DNA of 64,000 nucleotides from Minisyncoccota bacterium. Lineage in GTDB: Bacteria > Patescibacteriota > Minisyncoccia > JBAYJV01. Within the stretch, counting starts at the first letter, position 1. The number at the start of each line of letters is the position of its first letter. Under the pieces are notes generated by a model. That model was not told where the DNA came from. It ran no database searches and saw only the letters and a program-made list of their open reading frames with translations. The DNA is taken from assembly GCA_041664925.1 (NCBI GenBank), contig JBAYJV010000002.1, positions 200,302 to 264,301 on the forward strand, in the 5' to 3' direction. Both the position numbers and the translations under genes were made by a program. Below are positions 45,536-54,915 of this stretch, piece after piece.

Positions 45536-45601
45536 TTGACTTTTTTACTAAGGTATGCTATACTGATAATAAGTACAAGTGACTGGGGTTGTCCCAGTCA
45601 C
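45536..45601 (+). promoter_or_regulatory. Consensus promoter plus 9-bp perfect inverted repeat in the 5'UTR of the high-GC orphan
   Basis: TTGACT-N17-TATACT (45536-45564), then GTGACTGGG-GTTGT-CCCAGTCAC (45579-45601). Confidence 0.55.
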
Positions 45602-45629
45602 AATAAAACCAAATAGGAGGAAAGAAACG

Positions 45630-46514
45630 ATGTGTCCGATTAATGCCGATGGAATCAAGGTCGTTGCTCCTGCTTCTCCCGTAAGGGACCCGCGAACGAA
45701 CAAGGCAGTTGCAGTTGAGGTCGTCACGAAGGGTGAGTTTGAACGCTTCAATATGCCCAACTATTTCAGGGTGGGAGAAAGCGGCTCGATCACCTTCGGG
45801 TTCGGTCACTTCAACCAGGAAGGAATCGGCCGTGATCATCAGTTCAAGATCGTGGTCGAGAAGCCTCGGGAGACCGTCGACAAACTCAATCAGATGGTAA
45901 GCGACTGGTTCCGCCTCCGAAGCCTGGCGAGAACTTCGTCAGGTGACGAGAGAGAGGAAGCACGAACAGCGTTCAATGAGCTCAAGTCACGATTCCTAGG
46001 AATCATCGGGCAGCCAGCAATGGCGAAGCTCGCAACGCCCAATCTCCTGATTCTCAGTCCTCTCGAATCAGGAACAGAGGTCTTCGCGTCGATTGTGGTC
46101 TACACGACTTTCGAAAGCGATGACAAGATCGTGGATCCGATGGACGAGGGCGTACTTCTTCATGGGAGGTTCGGAGAGAATGGTCATGTGATCGCAGTTC
46201 TGATCACAACCGACCGCACCATCCCCTTCACAACTCCCAATGGATACACGTGGAAGGTTCCTGTGGATGTCCCCAACGGAGTTCCCACGGTGGAAGCGAC
46301 CTTCCCGCCGGATGCCGGTCACGAAGCGCCCGCTACCAGCGATGGCAGCGAGAGCGCCAGCGACCACGCACGAGAGGAGGTTCCTTTCCTCGAAGAGAAA
46401 GACCGTCATCATCGTAGTGGCAGAAAGCTCGCTGCGGTCGGCGCCACTGGAAGAGGCAAGGGAACCAAGAGGGGGTTGCATCCTGCCGATGTAGGAGCAG
46501 AAGACGACGGATAG
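45630..46514 (+). CDS. High-GC orphan protein, likely horizontally acquired
   Basis: SD AGGAGG before ATG at 45630; about 55% GC; own promoter 45536-45564 and terminator 46523-46560; disordered charged C-terminal tail. Confidence 0.55.
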   Translation: MCPINADGIKVVAPASPVRDPRTNKAVAVEVVTKGEFERFNMPNYFRVGESGSITFGFGHFNQEGIGRDHQFKIVVEKPRETVDKLNQMVSDWFRLRSLARTSSGDEREEARTAFNELKSRFLGIIGQPAMAKLATPNLLILSPLESGTEVFASIVVYTTFESDDKIVDPMDEGVLLHGRFGENGHVIAVLITTDRTIPFTTPNGYTWKVPVDVPNGVPTVEATFPPDAGHEAPATSDGSESASDHAREEVPFLEEKDRHHRSGRKLAAVGATGRGKGTKRGLHPADVGAEDDG

Positions 46515-46522
46515 TCGTCTCT

Positions 46523-46560
46523 CGAGCCCAGCTGAAAGAGTAGCTGGGCTCATTTTTTTT
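46523..46560 (+). terminator. Intrinsic terminator after the high-GC orphan
   Basis: GAGCCCAGCT-GAAAGAGT-AGCTGGGCTC + T8. Confidence 0.7.
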
Positions 46561-46596
46561 ATCCTCCTCTTTTAAAAAAGAAAAATATGCTTTAAA

Positions 46597-47649
46597 ATGA
46601 ATAGTTATATGGTTAAATTCTTGAAATCTATTAAAGATTATTATCGCCTTCATCGAAAAAATATTTTAATTATATTTTTTTCTTCTGTTTTAGGAACAAT
46701 TCTTTTTGTTTCTGTTTTTTTGTATGTTGATTATAGGGATTTGGTAAGAGATATTCTTAATTTTTCTTGGTGGAAATTTCTAGTATTTTTTACCATATCA
46801 ATCTTTGCTTTTATTGCCGTGACTTATCGTTGGGCTTTGATTGTTAAAGCTTATGGTTTTAAAATTTCGTTTTGGCGTCTTTTTCGTTATCGTCTCGCTG
46901 GTTTTACTTTTTCATATATGACACCTCTTAACGAATTTGGCGGAGCGCCTTTCAGAGCATATTTGCTTGCCCGTGAAAATATTCCTTTCAACTCTGGTCT
47001 TTTAACGATTATTCTTGAAAATTTCGTCGAAGTTTTTACTCAGTCATTCGTTGTAACCTTCTTTATTGCTATTTTCTTATCAAGCCTCGGATTATCAACT
47101 AAGGCTTTGTGGCTGTTGGTTATAGCTATTATTGTTTTTATTGCCTTCGTTGTTTTTGTTTATTTCAGACTTAGAAAAGGTAGTCCTATTATTACGCCGC
47201 TATTGAAGTTTTTAAAATTGAAAAAACTTTATAAAAAAACCATTGAGCCAGAACAGTATTTTCTAGAATTTTTTACCAAGCACAAAAAAGTATTTTTTAA
47301 AACCATCGGCGCATCGCTTCTCGTTTTTGTTATAACCGTGGGTGAAATTTGGTTTTTGCTTTATTTGATGGGATTAAATTTGGGATTATTCAATACGTTT
47401 TTTGCCAAAATTATTTTAAATCTTGCTAATACTATTCCTGTGCCAGCAGCGCTTGGAGTTTCTGAATGGGCGCAAACCGGATTTTTCGAAACTATTTTAC
47501 ACAACAAATCGGCCGGATTAACATTTAGTATGATTTTCAGAGCAAAAAATATATTTTATTCACTTATAGGTTTCGTTTTTCTTGTACATCTATGGCAAAA
47601 AAGAGTAAAATTAGATAAGAAGCTAAAGAGTTTATTTGGGGTTAAATAA
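46597..47649 (+). CDS. Flippase-like polytopic membrane protein (UPF0104/LPG-synthase TM-region family)
   Basis: Eight predicted TM segments; conserved R-rich loop FRYRLAGFTFSYMTP. Confidence 0.55.
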   Translation: MNSYMVKFLKSIKDYYRLHRKNILIIFFSSVLGTILFVSVFLYVDYRDLVRDILNFSWWKFLVFFTISIFAFIAVTYRWALIVKAYGFKISFWRLFRYRLAGFTFSYMTPLNEFGGAPFRAYLLARENIPFNSGLLTIILENFVEVFTQSFVVTFFIAIFLSSLGLSTKALWLLVIAIIVFIAFVVFVYFRLRKGSPIITPLLKFLKLKKLYKKTIEPEQYFLEFFTKHKKVFFKTIGASLLVFVITVGEIWFLLYLMGLNLGLFNTFFAKIILNLANTIPVPAALGVSEWAQTGFFETILHNKSAGLTFSMIFRAKNIFYSLIGFVFLVHLWQKRVKLDKKLKSLFGVK

Positions 47650-47681
47650 CAATCTTGCGATTTGTCTAAATTAAAAAAATC

Positions 47682-48128
47682 ATGTCGAAATTACCAGAAA
47701 AATTCTTACGAAGCCTTAAAACAGCCATAAAAGGAATTGTTCGTGTTTATAAATCTGAGCTTAGTTTTCGAATTCAGTTTTGGTTTGGCATTATTGTGAT
47801 GACTCAGATTTTTTACTGGCCGATTGGGGAAATAAAGCGCCTTATTTTGTTTCTTCTTATTTTTCTTATTTGGGTCTTAGAGATCCTTAATACTACTTTT
47901 GAAAAGCTTTTTGATGAGATTGAAAAACGCTACCACGAAAGAATAGGTTATTTAAAAGACATCTTGGCTGGTGGAGTTTTAATCATGACTATCGGATCAA
48001 TATTGATTGGTTTGCTTGTTTTTTGGCCATATATTATTGATGTGGCATTGTTCTCTATCGTAGAATCAATTTTGATTATTATTTTTCTTTATTTAGCAAG
48101 AGAAGTAAAAAAGATTATAAAAAAATAA
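47682..48128 (+). CDS. dgkA: Diacylglycerol/undecaprenol kinase family
   Basis: EILNTTFEKLFDEI ... IGYLKDILAGGVL matches DgkA conserved helices. Confidence 0.7.
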   Translation: MSKLPEKFLRSLKTAIKGIVRVYKSELSFRIQFWFGIIVMTQIFYWPIGEIKRLILFLLIFLIWVLEILNTTFEKLFDEIEKRYHERIGYLKDILAGGVLIMTIGSILIGLLVFWPYIIDVALFSIVESILIIIFLYLAREVKKIIKK

Positions 48129-48188
48129 TTTTCCGTAATTTAGAAATAAAAAAACGCCTAATAGCGTTTTTTGTTTATGGTCTAAAGT

Positions 48189-48746
48189 TTATAATCCCAA
48201 CCGATCCTTTATTTCCATCATCGCCTCAACACTTAATTTTACTAATTCCTCTACCGATAATCCGATTAGTTCTTGCGATCGAGAAATGATTTCTCGATTA
48301 ACGCCTTTGGCGAAAGCCGGTTCTTTAAATTTCTTAAGCACAGATGATATTTTTACGCCTGAAAGTTTTTCGGGATTTACTAGGGCACAAGCCGTAATTA
48401 GACCAGTCAATTCTTCTGCACAAAAAAGTGTTTTTTCCATTAAAGTTTCTAACGGCAATCCCAAGGTATGGTTATGAACTTTAATAGCTCTGATAATTTC
48501 TGGATCATATCCTTCTTTCTCTAAAATTTCTGCCGCTTTTTGGGCATGCTGTTCGGGATGATCCTTTGTAATTTCCCAATCCATATCGTGTAATAAACCA
48601 GCCAACATCCATTTTTCCAGATTTTTTTCTTCGCCAAAATGCTGACACAATTTTTTCATAACCGCTTCGACGGCCAAGGCATGACGAAACAAATTTTCAT
48701 TCTTTATGTATTGTCTAAGAATATCTAAGGCTTGATTACGAGACAT
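48189..48746 (-). CDS. HD-domain phosphohydrolase
   Basis: H...HD motif (AGLLHDMDWE). Confidence 0.7.
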   Translation of the reverse strand: MSRNQALDILRQYIKNENLFRHALAVEAVMKKLCQHFGEEKNLEKWMLAGLLHDMDWEITKDHPEQHAQKAAEILEKEGYDPEIIRAIKVHNHTLGLPLETLMEKTLFCAEELTGLITACALVNPEKLSGVKISSVLKKFKEPAFAKGVNREIISRSQELIGLSVEELVKLSVEAMMEIKDRLGL

Positions 48747-48858
48747 AAATATATAATTTAGAATTAAGATTTATGAATTAAGAATTAAGGATAACATTTT
48801 AGATTAATTCCCGCAATAAAAAAACCGCCAAGTTATTCTTGGCGGCAAGAACACAAAA

Positions 48859-49116
48859 CTACTGTCGTCTAGCTGGATTCCTAATACTAAGTCGCTTAGC
48901 AGCTGTTTTTGCTTTCTTAAGCATATCTTCAAGTTCTTCTATTCTTCCAAGTAAAAATGGCTTAAATTTTACCTCATTGAGCTGGGTTTCAATGTCAAAA
49001 TGCGCCGCTGGATAGTATTGAAGATCAGGCTCAACTTCAAGCAACTCCTGGACTAGTCCAATCTCTTCAGGATATCCTTCGCAATTTACAAAAATCCTAC
49101 CCTTTGCGATTTTCAT
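48859..49116 (-). CDS. Hypothetical small protein
   Basis: SD AAGGAGG upstream of the internal Met (MKIAKGRIF); the longer 133-aa ORF is probably over-extended. Confidence 0.35.
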   Translation of the reverse strand: MKIAKGRIFVNCEGYPEEIGLVQELLEVEPDLQYYPAAHFDIETQLNEVKFKPFLLGRIEELEDMLKKAKTAAKRLSIRNPARRQ

Positions 49117-49210
49117 TCTTCCTCCTTTTGCCTTTAAAGAACATTTCTCATGTACCTTTATCTTATATCTATTATGAACGAATGTCAAATTATATACTAT
49201 ATAATATAGA

Positions 49211-49244
49211 ATGCGAAATACGAAGTGCGAAATACGAAATACGC
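49211..49244. repeat. Solo arm of MITE family 1 (GCGAAATACGAAGTGCGAAATACGAAATACGC)
   Basis: CGAAATACGAA repeats match the family-1 TIR. Confidence 0.35.
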
Positions 49245-49287
49245 ATATTGATTTTGTCACGCTTTGGGTTAAAATGATTCTACTACA

Positions 49288-50451
49288 ATGAAAGTTTATT
49301 TTGATAATGCTGCGACCACCAAAGTTGATTCAAGGGTTTTTGAGGCAATGAAGCCCTATTTTTCTGATATTTACGGTAACGCTTCAAGTCTTCATGGTTT
49401 TGGCTTGTCGGCAAAACAAGCGCTTGAAGAAGCAAGAGAAGTGATTGCTCGAAAAATTAACGCCAGACATAATGAAATCATTTTTACATCGGGCGCGACC
49501 GAGGCTGATAATTTGGCAATCCGAGGAGTGGCTTATAAAAATAACCACTTAGGCAATCATATCATTACTACAAAAATAGAACATCCGGCCGTATTGGAGA
49601 GTTGTCGTTTTCTTGAAACCCAAGGTTTTAAAATAACATATTTATCAGTTGATCGAGAAGGGTTCGTTAATTTAGAAGAATTAAAGAGGTCGCTTGGCGA
49701 GAAAACTATTTTAGTGTCAATTATTTTTGCTAATAATGAAATTGGAATAATTCAGCCAATAAAAGAAATTGGCAAGATTATAAAAAATTGGAACGAAAAA
49801 CACAATTCTAAAATCATTTTTCATTCAGATGCAGTTCAGGCATTTACCAAAATAGACATCAATGTTAATGATTTGAATCTCGACTTACTCTCAATTTCTT
49901 CTCATAAGATTTATGGCCCCAAAGGGATTGGCGCGCTCTATGTGAAAGAGGGAACAAAGATTGAAAAAATTGCTCATGGCGGTCATCACGAGTATAATTT
50001 AAGACCGGGAACAGAAAATGTGACTAGTGCAGTCGGCTTTGCTAAAGCATTAGAATTATTTAATCCAAAAAACTACGAAGCAGTAAAATCTTTAAGAGCT
50101 TACCTAATTAAAGAAGTATTGAAAAATATTCCTGACTCGTACTTGAATGGACCGCTGGCCGAAAATGTTCTTCCTAATATTGCCAATTTTATTTTTAAGG
50201 GTGCTGAAGGCGAAGCAATAATGCTTTTACTTGATAAAGAAGGCATCGCTGTTTCCACAGGATCAGCTTGCGCATCACACTCGCTTGAACCAAGCTATGT
50301 CCTTTTGGCGCTTGGTGTTCCTAAAGAAGAAGCTCACGGATCTATTCGTGTTTCTCTTGGCCTAGAAAATAAAAAAGAAGAAGTTGATTATACAGTAAAA
50401 GTTTTTAAGAAAGTGATAAAGAGGCTCAGGGATATCAATCCTCTAAGGTAA
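49288..50451 (+). CDS. iscS: Cysteine desulfurase
   Basis: PLP-lysine motif SISSHKIYGPKGIGALYV; active-site Cys loop SGSACASHS. Confidence 0.9.
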   Translation: MKVYFDNAATTKVDSRVFEAMKPYFSDIYGNASSLHGFGLSAKQALEEAREVIARKINARHNEIIFTSGATEADNLAIRGVAYKNNHLGNHIITTKIEHPAVLESCRFLETQGFKITYLSVDREGFVNLEELKRSLGEKTILVSIIFANNEIGIIQPIKEIGKIIKNWNEKHNSKIIFHSDAVQAFTKIDINVNDLNLDLLSISSHKIYGPKGIGALYVKEGTKIEKIAHGGHHEYNLRPGTENVTSAVGFAKALELFNPKNYEAVKSLRAYLIKEVLKNIPDSYLNGPLAENVLPNIANFIFKGAEGEAIMLLLDKEGIAVSTGSACASHSLEPSYVLLALGVPKEEAHGSIRVSLGLENKKEEVDYTVKVFKKVIKRLRDINPLR

Positions 50452-50475
50452 TTTTTAACTTTAAATTTTAAACTT

Positions 50476-50859
50476 TTGTTAATGTACACAAATAAAGTAT
50501 TAGAACATTTCTACGACCCACATAACTATGGTCGTATGAAAAATCCCGACGGTGTCGGTGAAGTTGGCAATCCTTCTTGCGGGGATGTTTTGCGTCTTTA
50601 TATAAAAGTTAAAAATGACAAAATCATAGATATTAAATTTGAAACATTGGGATGCGCCGCCGCGATTGCAGTTTCTTCAATGACTACTGATATGGTTATG
50701 GGAAAGACATTAAACGAAGCCTTAAAAATAAAAAAGAAAGATATTGCTGATGAGTTAGGCGGACTTCCTGAAATAAAAATGCATTGTTCAAATTTAGCAG
50801 AAGAAGCATTGAAATTGGCAATTGAAGATTACCAAAAGAAAGTTAAAGATAAAAAATAA
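50476..50859 (+). CDS. iscU: Fe-S cluster assembly scaffold
   Basis: Three conserved Cys (GNPSCGD, GCAAAIAVSS, HCSNLA); probable true start MYTNKV at 50482. Confidence 0.85.
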   Translation: MLMYTNKVLEHFYDPHNYGRMKNPDGVGEVGNPSCGDVLRLYIKVKNDKIIDIKFETLGCAAAIAVSSMTTDMVMGKTLNEALKIKKKDIADELGGLPEIKMHCSNLAEEALKLAIEDYQKKVKDKK

Positions 50860-50872
50860 AATATAAAAAATT

Positions 50873-51058
50873 ATGAAAATTAATATTGACAAAGAAAAGT
50901 GTATCGGTTGCGGGAGTTGCGAATTTAACTGTCCTGATGTTTTTGAAATAAAAGATGGTAAGGCTAATATAAAAGAAAAGGTTGACTTTGAAAAAAACAA
51001 AGATTGCATAGAATCTGCCATTCAAAATTGTCCGGTGGTCGCGATTGAAGAAGAATAA
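50873..51058 (+). CDS. 4Fe-4S ferredoxin (single cluster)
   Basis: CIGCGSCEFNCP ... C-terminal CP motif. Confidence 0.7.
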   Translation: MKINIDKEKCIGCGSCEFNCPDVFEIKDGKANIKEKVDFEKNKDCIESAIQNCPVVAIEEE

Positions 51059-51110
51059 AAATACTTTACAAGTATTTTTGACGGGAGAATAACTTATAAT
51101 ACATGAATTT

Positions 51111-51626
51111 ATGAACATCTATTGCAAGCTTGCTAAGCAAGCGATTGAGAATTATATCAAAAAACAAGAAATTTTAGATGTTCCCCAGAAACTGCCCGCA
51201 GAATTTAATAAGAAAGCGGGCATTTTTGTCACAATTTATAATGGAAAAGAATTACGAGGATGCATTGGAACATATCAGCCAACAAAACAAAACCTAGCAA
51301 AAGAAATTATTGACAACGCCATTTCCGCAGCAACCAATGACTGGCGATTTGGCCCAATTACAAAAGAAGAATTACCTGAACTTTCCTATGAAGTATCTGT
51401 TTTGGAAAAACCTAAACAAATAGAAGATATTGGAAAATTAGATCCAAAGAAGTTTGGCATTATTGTTCAAGGCATTAATACTAGAAAATCAGCCTTGCTT
51501 TTGCCCGATCTTGATGGTCTTGATACTATAGAAAAACAGTTATCGGCTTGCTGCCAAAAAGCTAATATTGACCCCGCGCAAGAGCAAATAGCAATTTTTA
51601 GATTTCAAACAGAAAAATACATATAA
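51111..51626 (+). CDS. AMMECR1-domain protein (AmmeMemoRadiSam system protein A)
   Basis: Conserved LRGCIGTYQP motif. Confidence 0.8.
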   Translation: MNIYCKLAKQAIENYIKKQEILDVPQKLPAEFNKKAGIFVTIYNGKELRGCIGTYQPTKQNLAKEIIDNAISAATNDWRFGPITKEELPELSYEVSVLEKPKQIEDIGKLDPKKFGIIVQGINTRKSALLLPDLDGLDTIEKQLSACCQKANIDPAQEQIAIFRFQTEKYI

Positions 51627-51690
51627 AGATAAAAAGTTAAAAATAAAATATAAAAATCTTTGTATTTTATCTTTCATATTTTATACCGTT

Positions 51691-52713
51691 ATGAAAGAGG
51701 CTATCCTATATAAAAAACTCAAGAATGACCAGGTTCAATGCAACACTTGCAATCATCGTTGTGTTATAAAAGATGGCGATCACGGTGTTTGCGGTGTCAG
51801 AAAAAATGAAAAAGGCAAACTCATTTGTCTTGTTTACGGAAGAACTCCGGCTATCAATATTGATCCCGTAGAAAAGAAACCATTATTTCATTTTTTACCA
51901 GGTTCATCGGTATTATCTTTTGGAACTTTTGGTTGCAATTTTTCCTGTTCATTTTGTCAAAACTGGACCCTCTCTCAACCGCCAAAAGAAAAGTTTTTTT
52001 GGCATGATATTGATCTGGGGAAAAATGCGCTTCCTGCTAAAATTGTTTCTGAAGCAATCAAGCAAGAATGTCAAAGCATTGCTTATACTTACAATGAACC
52101 AACTGTTTTTTTAGAATATGCTTATGAAACTATGAAAATTGCTCGTGATGCAGGCATTAAAAACATTTGGGTTTCAAACGGTTATATGTCTTATGAAACA
52201 TTGGAATTTATTCTTCCTTATCTTGATGCTATTAATATTGATTTAAAGTCATTTTCTGAAAATTTTTATAATAAATTTTGCGGAGCCAAACTGGTTCCTG
52301 TTTTAGAAAATATTAAGAAAATAAAAAAGGCTGGCGTCTGGGTTGAATTAACGACACTTTTAATCCCAAATGAAAATGATTCTGAAAAAGAAATAAAAGA
52401 TATCGCCAATTTTATTTATTCTGAAGTTGGCAAAGAAACTCCTTGGCACATATCAAGGTTTTATCCGGCCTACAAAATGCTTGAGGTAAAACCAACTGAA
52501 TCAAAAACGATTGAAAAAGCGATTAAAATTGGCAAAGAAATTGGACTCAAGTATGTTTATGTTGGAAATCTTCCTGGATCTGCTTTTGAAAATACGCCCT
52601 GTCCTCACTGCCAAAAAGTCGTCATTGAAAGACTTGGTTATATCGTTCGCAGATTGGATAGAGATGGTATTTGCCCTTATTGCAAGACAAAAATTGATTT
52701 AATTTTGAAATGA
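51691..52713 (+). CDS. AmmeMemoRadiSam system radical SAM enzyme
   Basis: CxxxCxxC (GCNFSCSFCQNW); C-terminal Cys pair CPHC...CPYC. Confidence 0.8.
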   Translation: MKEAILYKKLKNDQVQCNTCNHRCVIKDGDHGVCGVRKNEKGKLICLVYGRTPAINIDPVEKKPLFHFLPGSSVLSFGTFGCNFSCSFCQNWTLSQPPKEKFFWHDIDLGKNALPAKIVSEAIKQECQSIAYTYNEPTVFLEYAYETMKIARDAGIKNIWVSNGYMSYETLEFILPYLDAINIDLKSFSENFYNKFCGAKLVPVLENIKKIKKAGVWVELTTLLIPNENDSEKEIKDIANFIYSEVGKETPWHISRFYPAYKMLEVKPTESKTIEKAIKIGKEIGLKYVYVGNLPGSAFENTPCPHCQKVVIERLGYIVRRLDRDGICPYCKTKIDLILK

Positions 52714-52734
52714 TTTACAATTGCACTACAAACT

Positions 52735-53544
52735 ATGATTAAATTTGCAGCAATTTGCCCACACCCCCCAATAATCATTCCAACTATTGGCAAGTCTCAA
52801 ACCTCAAAAGCTCAAGCCACGGTTGAGGCAATGAGAAAATTGACAATCAATTTAAAGCGTATCAGGAAAACTGATAAAGTTCTTGTAATTTCCCCCCATC
52901 TGCCAATAACTTGGGATGCGTTTACTCTTTATTATGAAGACCCTTATGAAGAAACATTAAAGGGGAATTTTGGTGATTTTGGCGATCCGGATATTTCTTT
53001 TGAATTTCAAGGAGATAAAAAAACCGTCGAAGATTTGAAAATTCTTGGTGGCCCGATTTTTCCCATTATTGGTACAACGATTCGTTATCTTGATCATGGA
53101 ACTCTTGTGCCCCTTTATTATCTTTGGAGTAAAGGAGAGCATAAAACGCCACTTATTCCAATGTCATTTTGTTCGCTCCCGCTCAAAGATCATTATCGTT
53201 TTGGTCAATTTCTAGGCGAATATTTGAAACAAGATAAAAATACTTGGACTATTGTTGCTTCTGCTGATCTTTCACATAGATTGGCAAGTTTTGCTCCTGA
53301 AGGATATAGTCCTAGGGCTCAAGAATTTGATAAACTGCTCGTTGAATATATTGAAAAAAAAGATATTAAAAAGCTTTTAAATATGGATCCTGAATTAATT
53401 TCTGAGGCAGCGGAGTGCGGATTGCGTTCGATTGTTATTCTTTTGGGAATCGTCTCAACTTTCAATTGGAAAGCGAAAATTCTTTCCTACGAAGCGCCGT
53501 TTGGAGTAGGATATCTTGTTTCCGAACTAAAGCTCGGAAATTAA
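52735..53544 (+). CDS. MEMO1-family protein (AmmeMemoRadiSam system protein B)
   Basis: ICPHPP N-terminus; DLSHR metal-binding motif typical of the Memo/extradiol-dioxygenase-like fold. Confidence 0.75.
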   Translation: MIKFAAICPHPPIIIPTIGKSQTSKAQATVEAMRKLTINLKRIRKTDKVLVISPHLPITWDAFTLYYEDPYEETLKGNFGDFGDPDISFEFQGDKKTVEDLKILGGPIFPIIGTTIRYLDHGTLVPLYYLWSKGEHKTPLIPMSFCSLPLKDHYRFGQFLGEYLKQDKNTWTIVASADLSHRLASFAPEGYSPRAQEFDKLLVEYIEKKDIKKLLNMDPELISEAAECGLRSIVILLGIVSTFNWKAKILSYEAPFGVGYLVSELKLGN

Positions 53545-53600
53545 TTTTTCCGCCCTAGGCGGACCAGCCTTGGGCTGGCAATTATCAACATAATTAATGT

Positions 53601-53730
53601 TATTGAAGTCGGACTTCAATAATTTTTTATTGTCATTCTGAGTCCTTCGATTTTTTCAGGATAAACTCCGTGAAGAATCTCAGAAAATACACGAGATCCT
53701 TCCCTCGCCTACGGCGGGTCAGGATGACAG
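53601..53730. mobile_element. MITE-like element, family 2 copy 1
   Basis: Palindrome TTGAAGTCGGACTTCAA, then TIR TTATTGTCATTCTGAG ... GGTCAGGATGACAG. Conserved core AGGATAAACTCCGTGAAGAATCTCAGAAAATACACGAGATCCTTC. Confidence 0.55.
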
Positions 53731-53745
53731 ATTGTACCAAAACCA

Positions 53746-53945
53746 TTGACTTTTAATAATAACTATGATATGATGACTAAAGTTGAATTAGTTCTTTAAA
53801 ATATTTTTGTTGGCAGCACACTGTGGCCTGTAGGCTGGACTTCAAAGTCCTCAGGCCCAGTCTGCTGTCAACAAAGAGAAGGACAAAAAACCTCAACGCC
53901 TTCCGCCTCAACAAGTCGAGGTCAACGTGACAGCAGGAGGACAAT
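53746..53945 (+). promoter_or_regulatory. Promoter (TTGACT-N17-TATGAT) plus conserved structured 5' leader, paralog 1
   Basis: Leader stem TTGTTGGCAGCAC...GTCTGCTGTCAACAA. Conserved AGAAGGACAAAAAACCTCAAC and GTGACAGCAGGAGGA abutting the SD. Confidence 0.5.
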
Positions 53946-54656
53946 ATGTCCAAGACGAAGCAGGTAGTACGGTTCTCGGTGAAAAGAATCAATGCAGAAA
54001 AAAACATATTTTGGAAAGGTATTATTAAGTTTATACATTCAGGCCGTGGGAATCGTTGTGAATTGATTGTAATCAATGATCCTCCGCTGCCACATCTTGA
54101 TGTTACTTACATGGAAGAACGCAATGTGGTCCTACAGAGAATCATTCGGAATTTCCCGGCCGAACTTGTAAAAGACACTCTGGAATACCCATATTCGCCA
54201 ACATCCGTTATGTATGGCGACTTGAGGGTTAAAATCGATTTCACTGGATTGATCGAAGTTATTGGTTCTCTTCTAGATAGCATGATGGGGCCAGAATACG
54301 AGATAGCTTTCCTCAATTATGGAGAAGAATATGCCGACGGCAAAACTATCGACGAAACCCTTAGGCAAAAACTTCGTCGCCGAAGTTATCGGCTTTGCCA
54401 TTTGACTGCAGTTGGAGACCATAATGCATGGAAACATGAAATTTCCAGTATGGGACTAACGCCGGAAGAGGCGGCAGAAAGGATAGGAGTAAACATCGAG
54501 GGACTTGTTAGTAATAATGTCTATTTGGTTTATGTGCCAATTGGAAACTTAGACAAAGTTCTTATCGGACTCGATGAATGGGCAGCACAGAGAGGAATTT
54601 CACGTTTTAGGATTCAAGACGAACTTGTTCTTGTTGAAACAACTAAGAAAGATTAG
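53946..54656 (+). CDS. Hypothetical protein (leader-bearing paralog 1)
   Basis: SD AGGAGG; 165-nt structured leader; terminator 54668-54697; N-terminal VVRFSVKRI. Confidence 0.5.
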   Translation: MSKTKQVVRFSVKRINAEKNIFWKGIIKFIHSGRGNRCELIVINDPPLPHLDVTYMEERNVVLQRIIRNFPAELVKDTLEYPYSPTSVMYGDLRVKIDFTGLIEVIGSLLDSMMGPEYEIAFLNYGEEYADGKTIDETLRQKLRRRSYRLCHLTAVGDHNAWKHEISSMGLTPEEAAERIGVNIEGLVSNNVYLVYVPIGNLDKVLIGLDEWAAQRGISRFRIQDELVLVETTKKD

Positions 54657-54734
54657 TTCTAAGCTGAGTCCGCAGATGTAGTTCTGCGGACTTTTTTTAT
54701 TTAGTGTAGATGTCGGACACCTACACCAAATAAT

Positions 54735-54915
54735 TTGACTTTTAATAAATTTAGTATTAGGATAATGAAAGAATCGTTCTTTAAAAATTTTGTTGACAGC
54801 GCCGTGAAATTAATTTTTTGACTTTATGGCGCTGTCAACAAAGCAAGGGTAAAAAAACCTTCATCACCCTTCACCCCAGCAAGCCGGGGTTGTCGTGACA
54901 GCGAAGGAGAAGTAA
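54735..54915 (+). promoter_or_regulatory. Promoter (TTGACT-N16/17-TAGGAT) plus homologous 5' leader, paralog 2
   Basis: Leader stem TTGTTGACAGCGCC...GGCGCTGTCAACAA. Conserved AAGGGTAAAAAAACCTTCATC and GTGACAGCGAAGGAGA. Confidence 0.5.
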
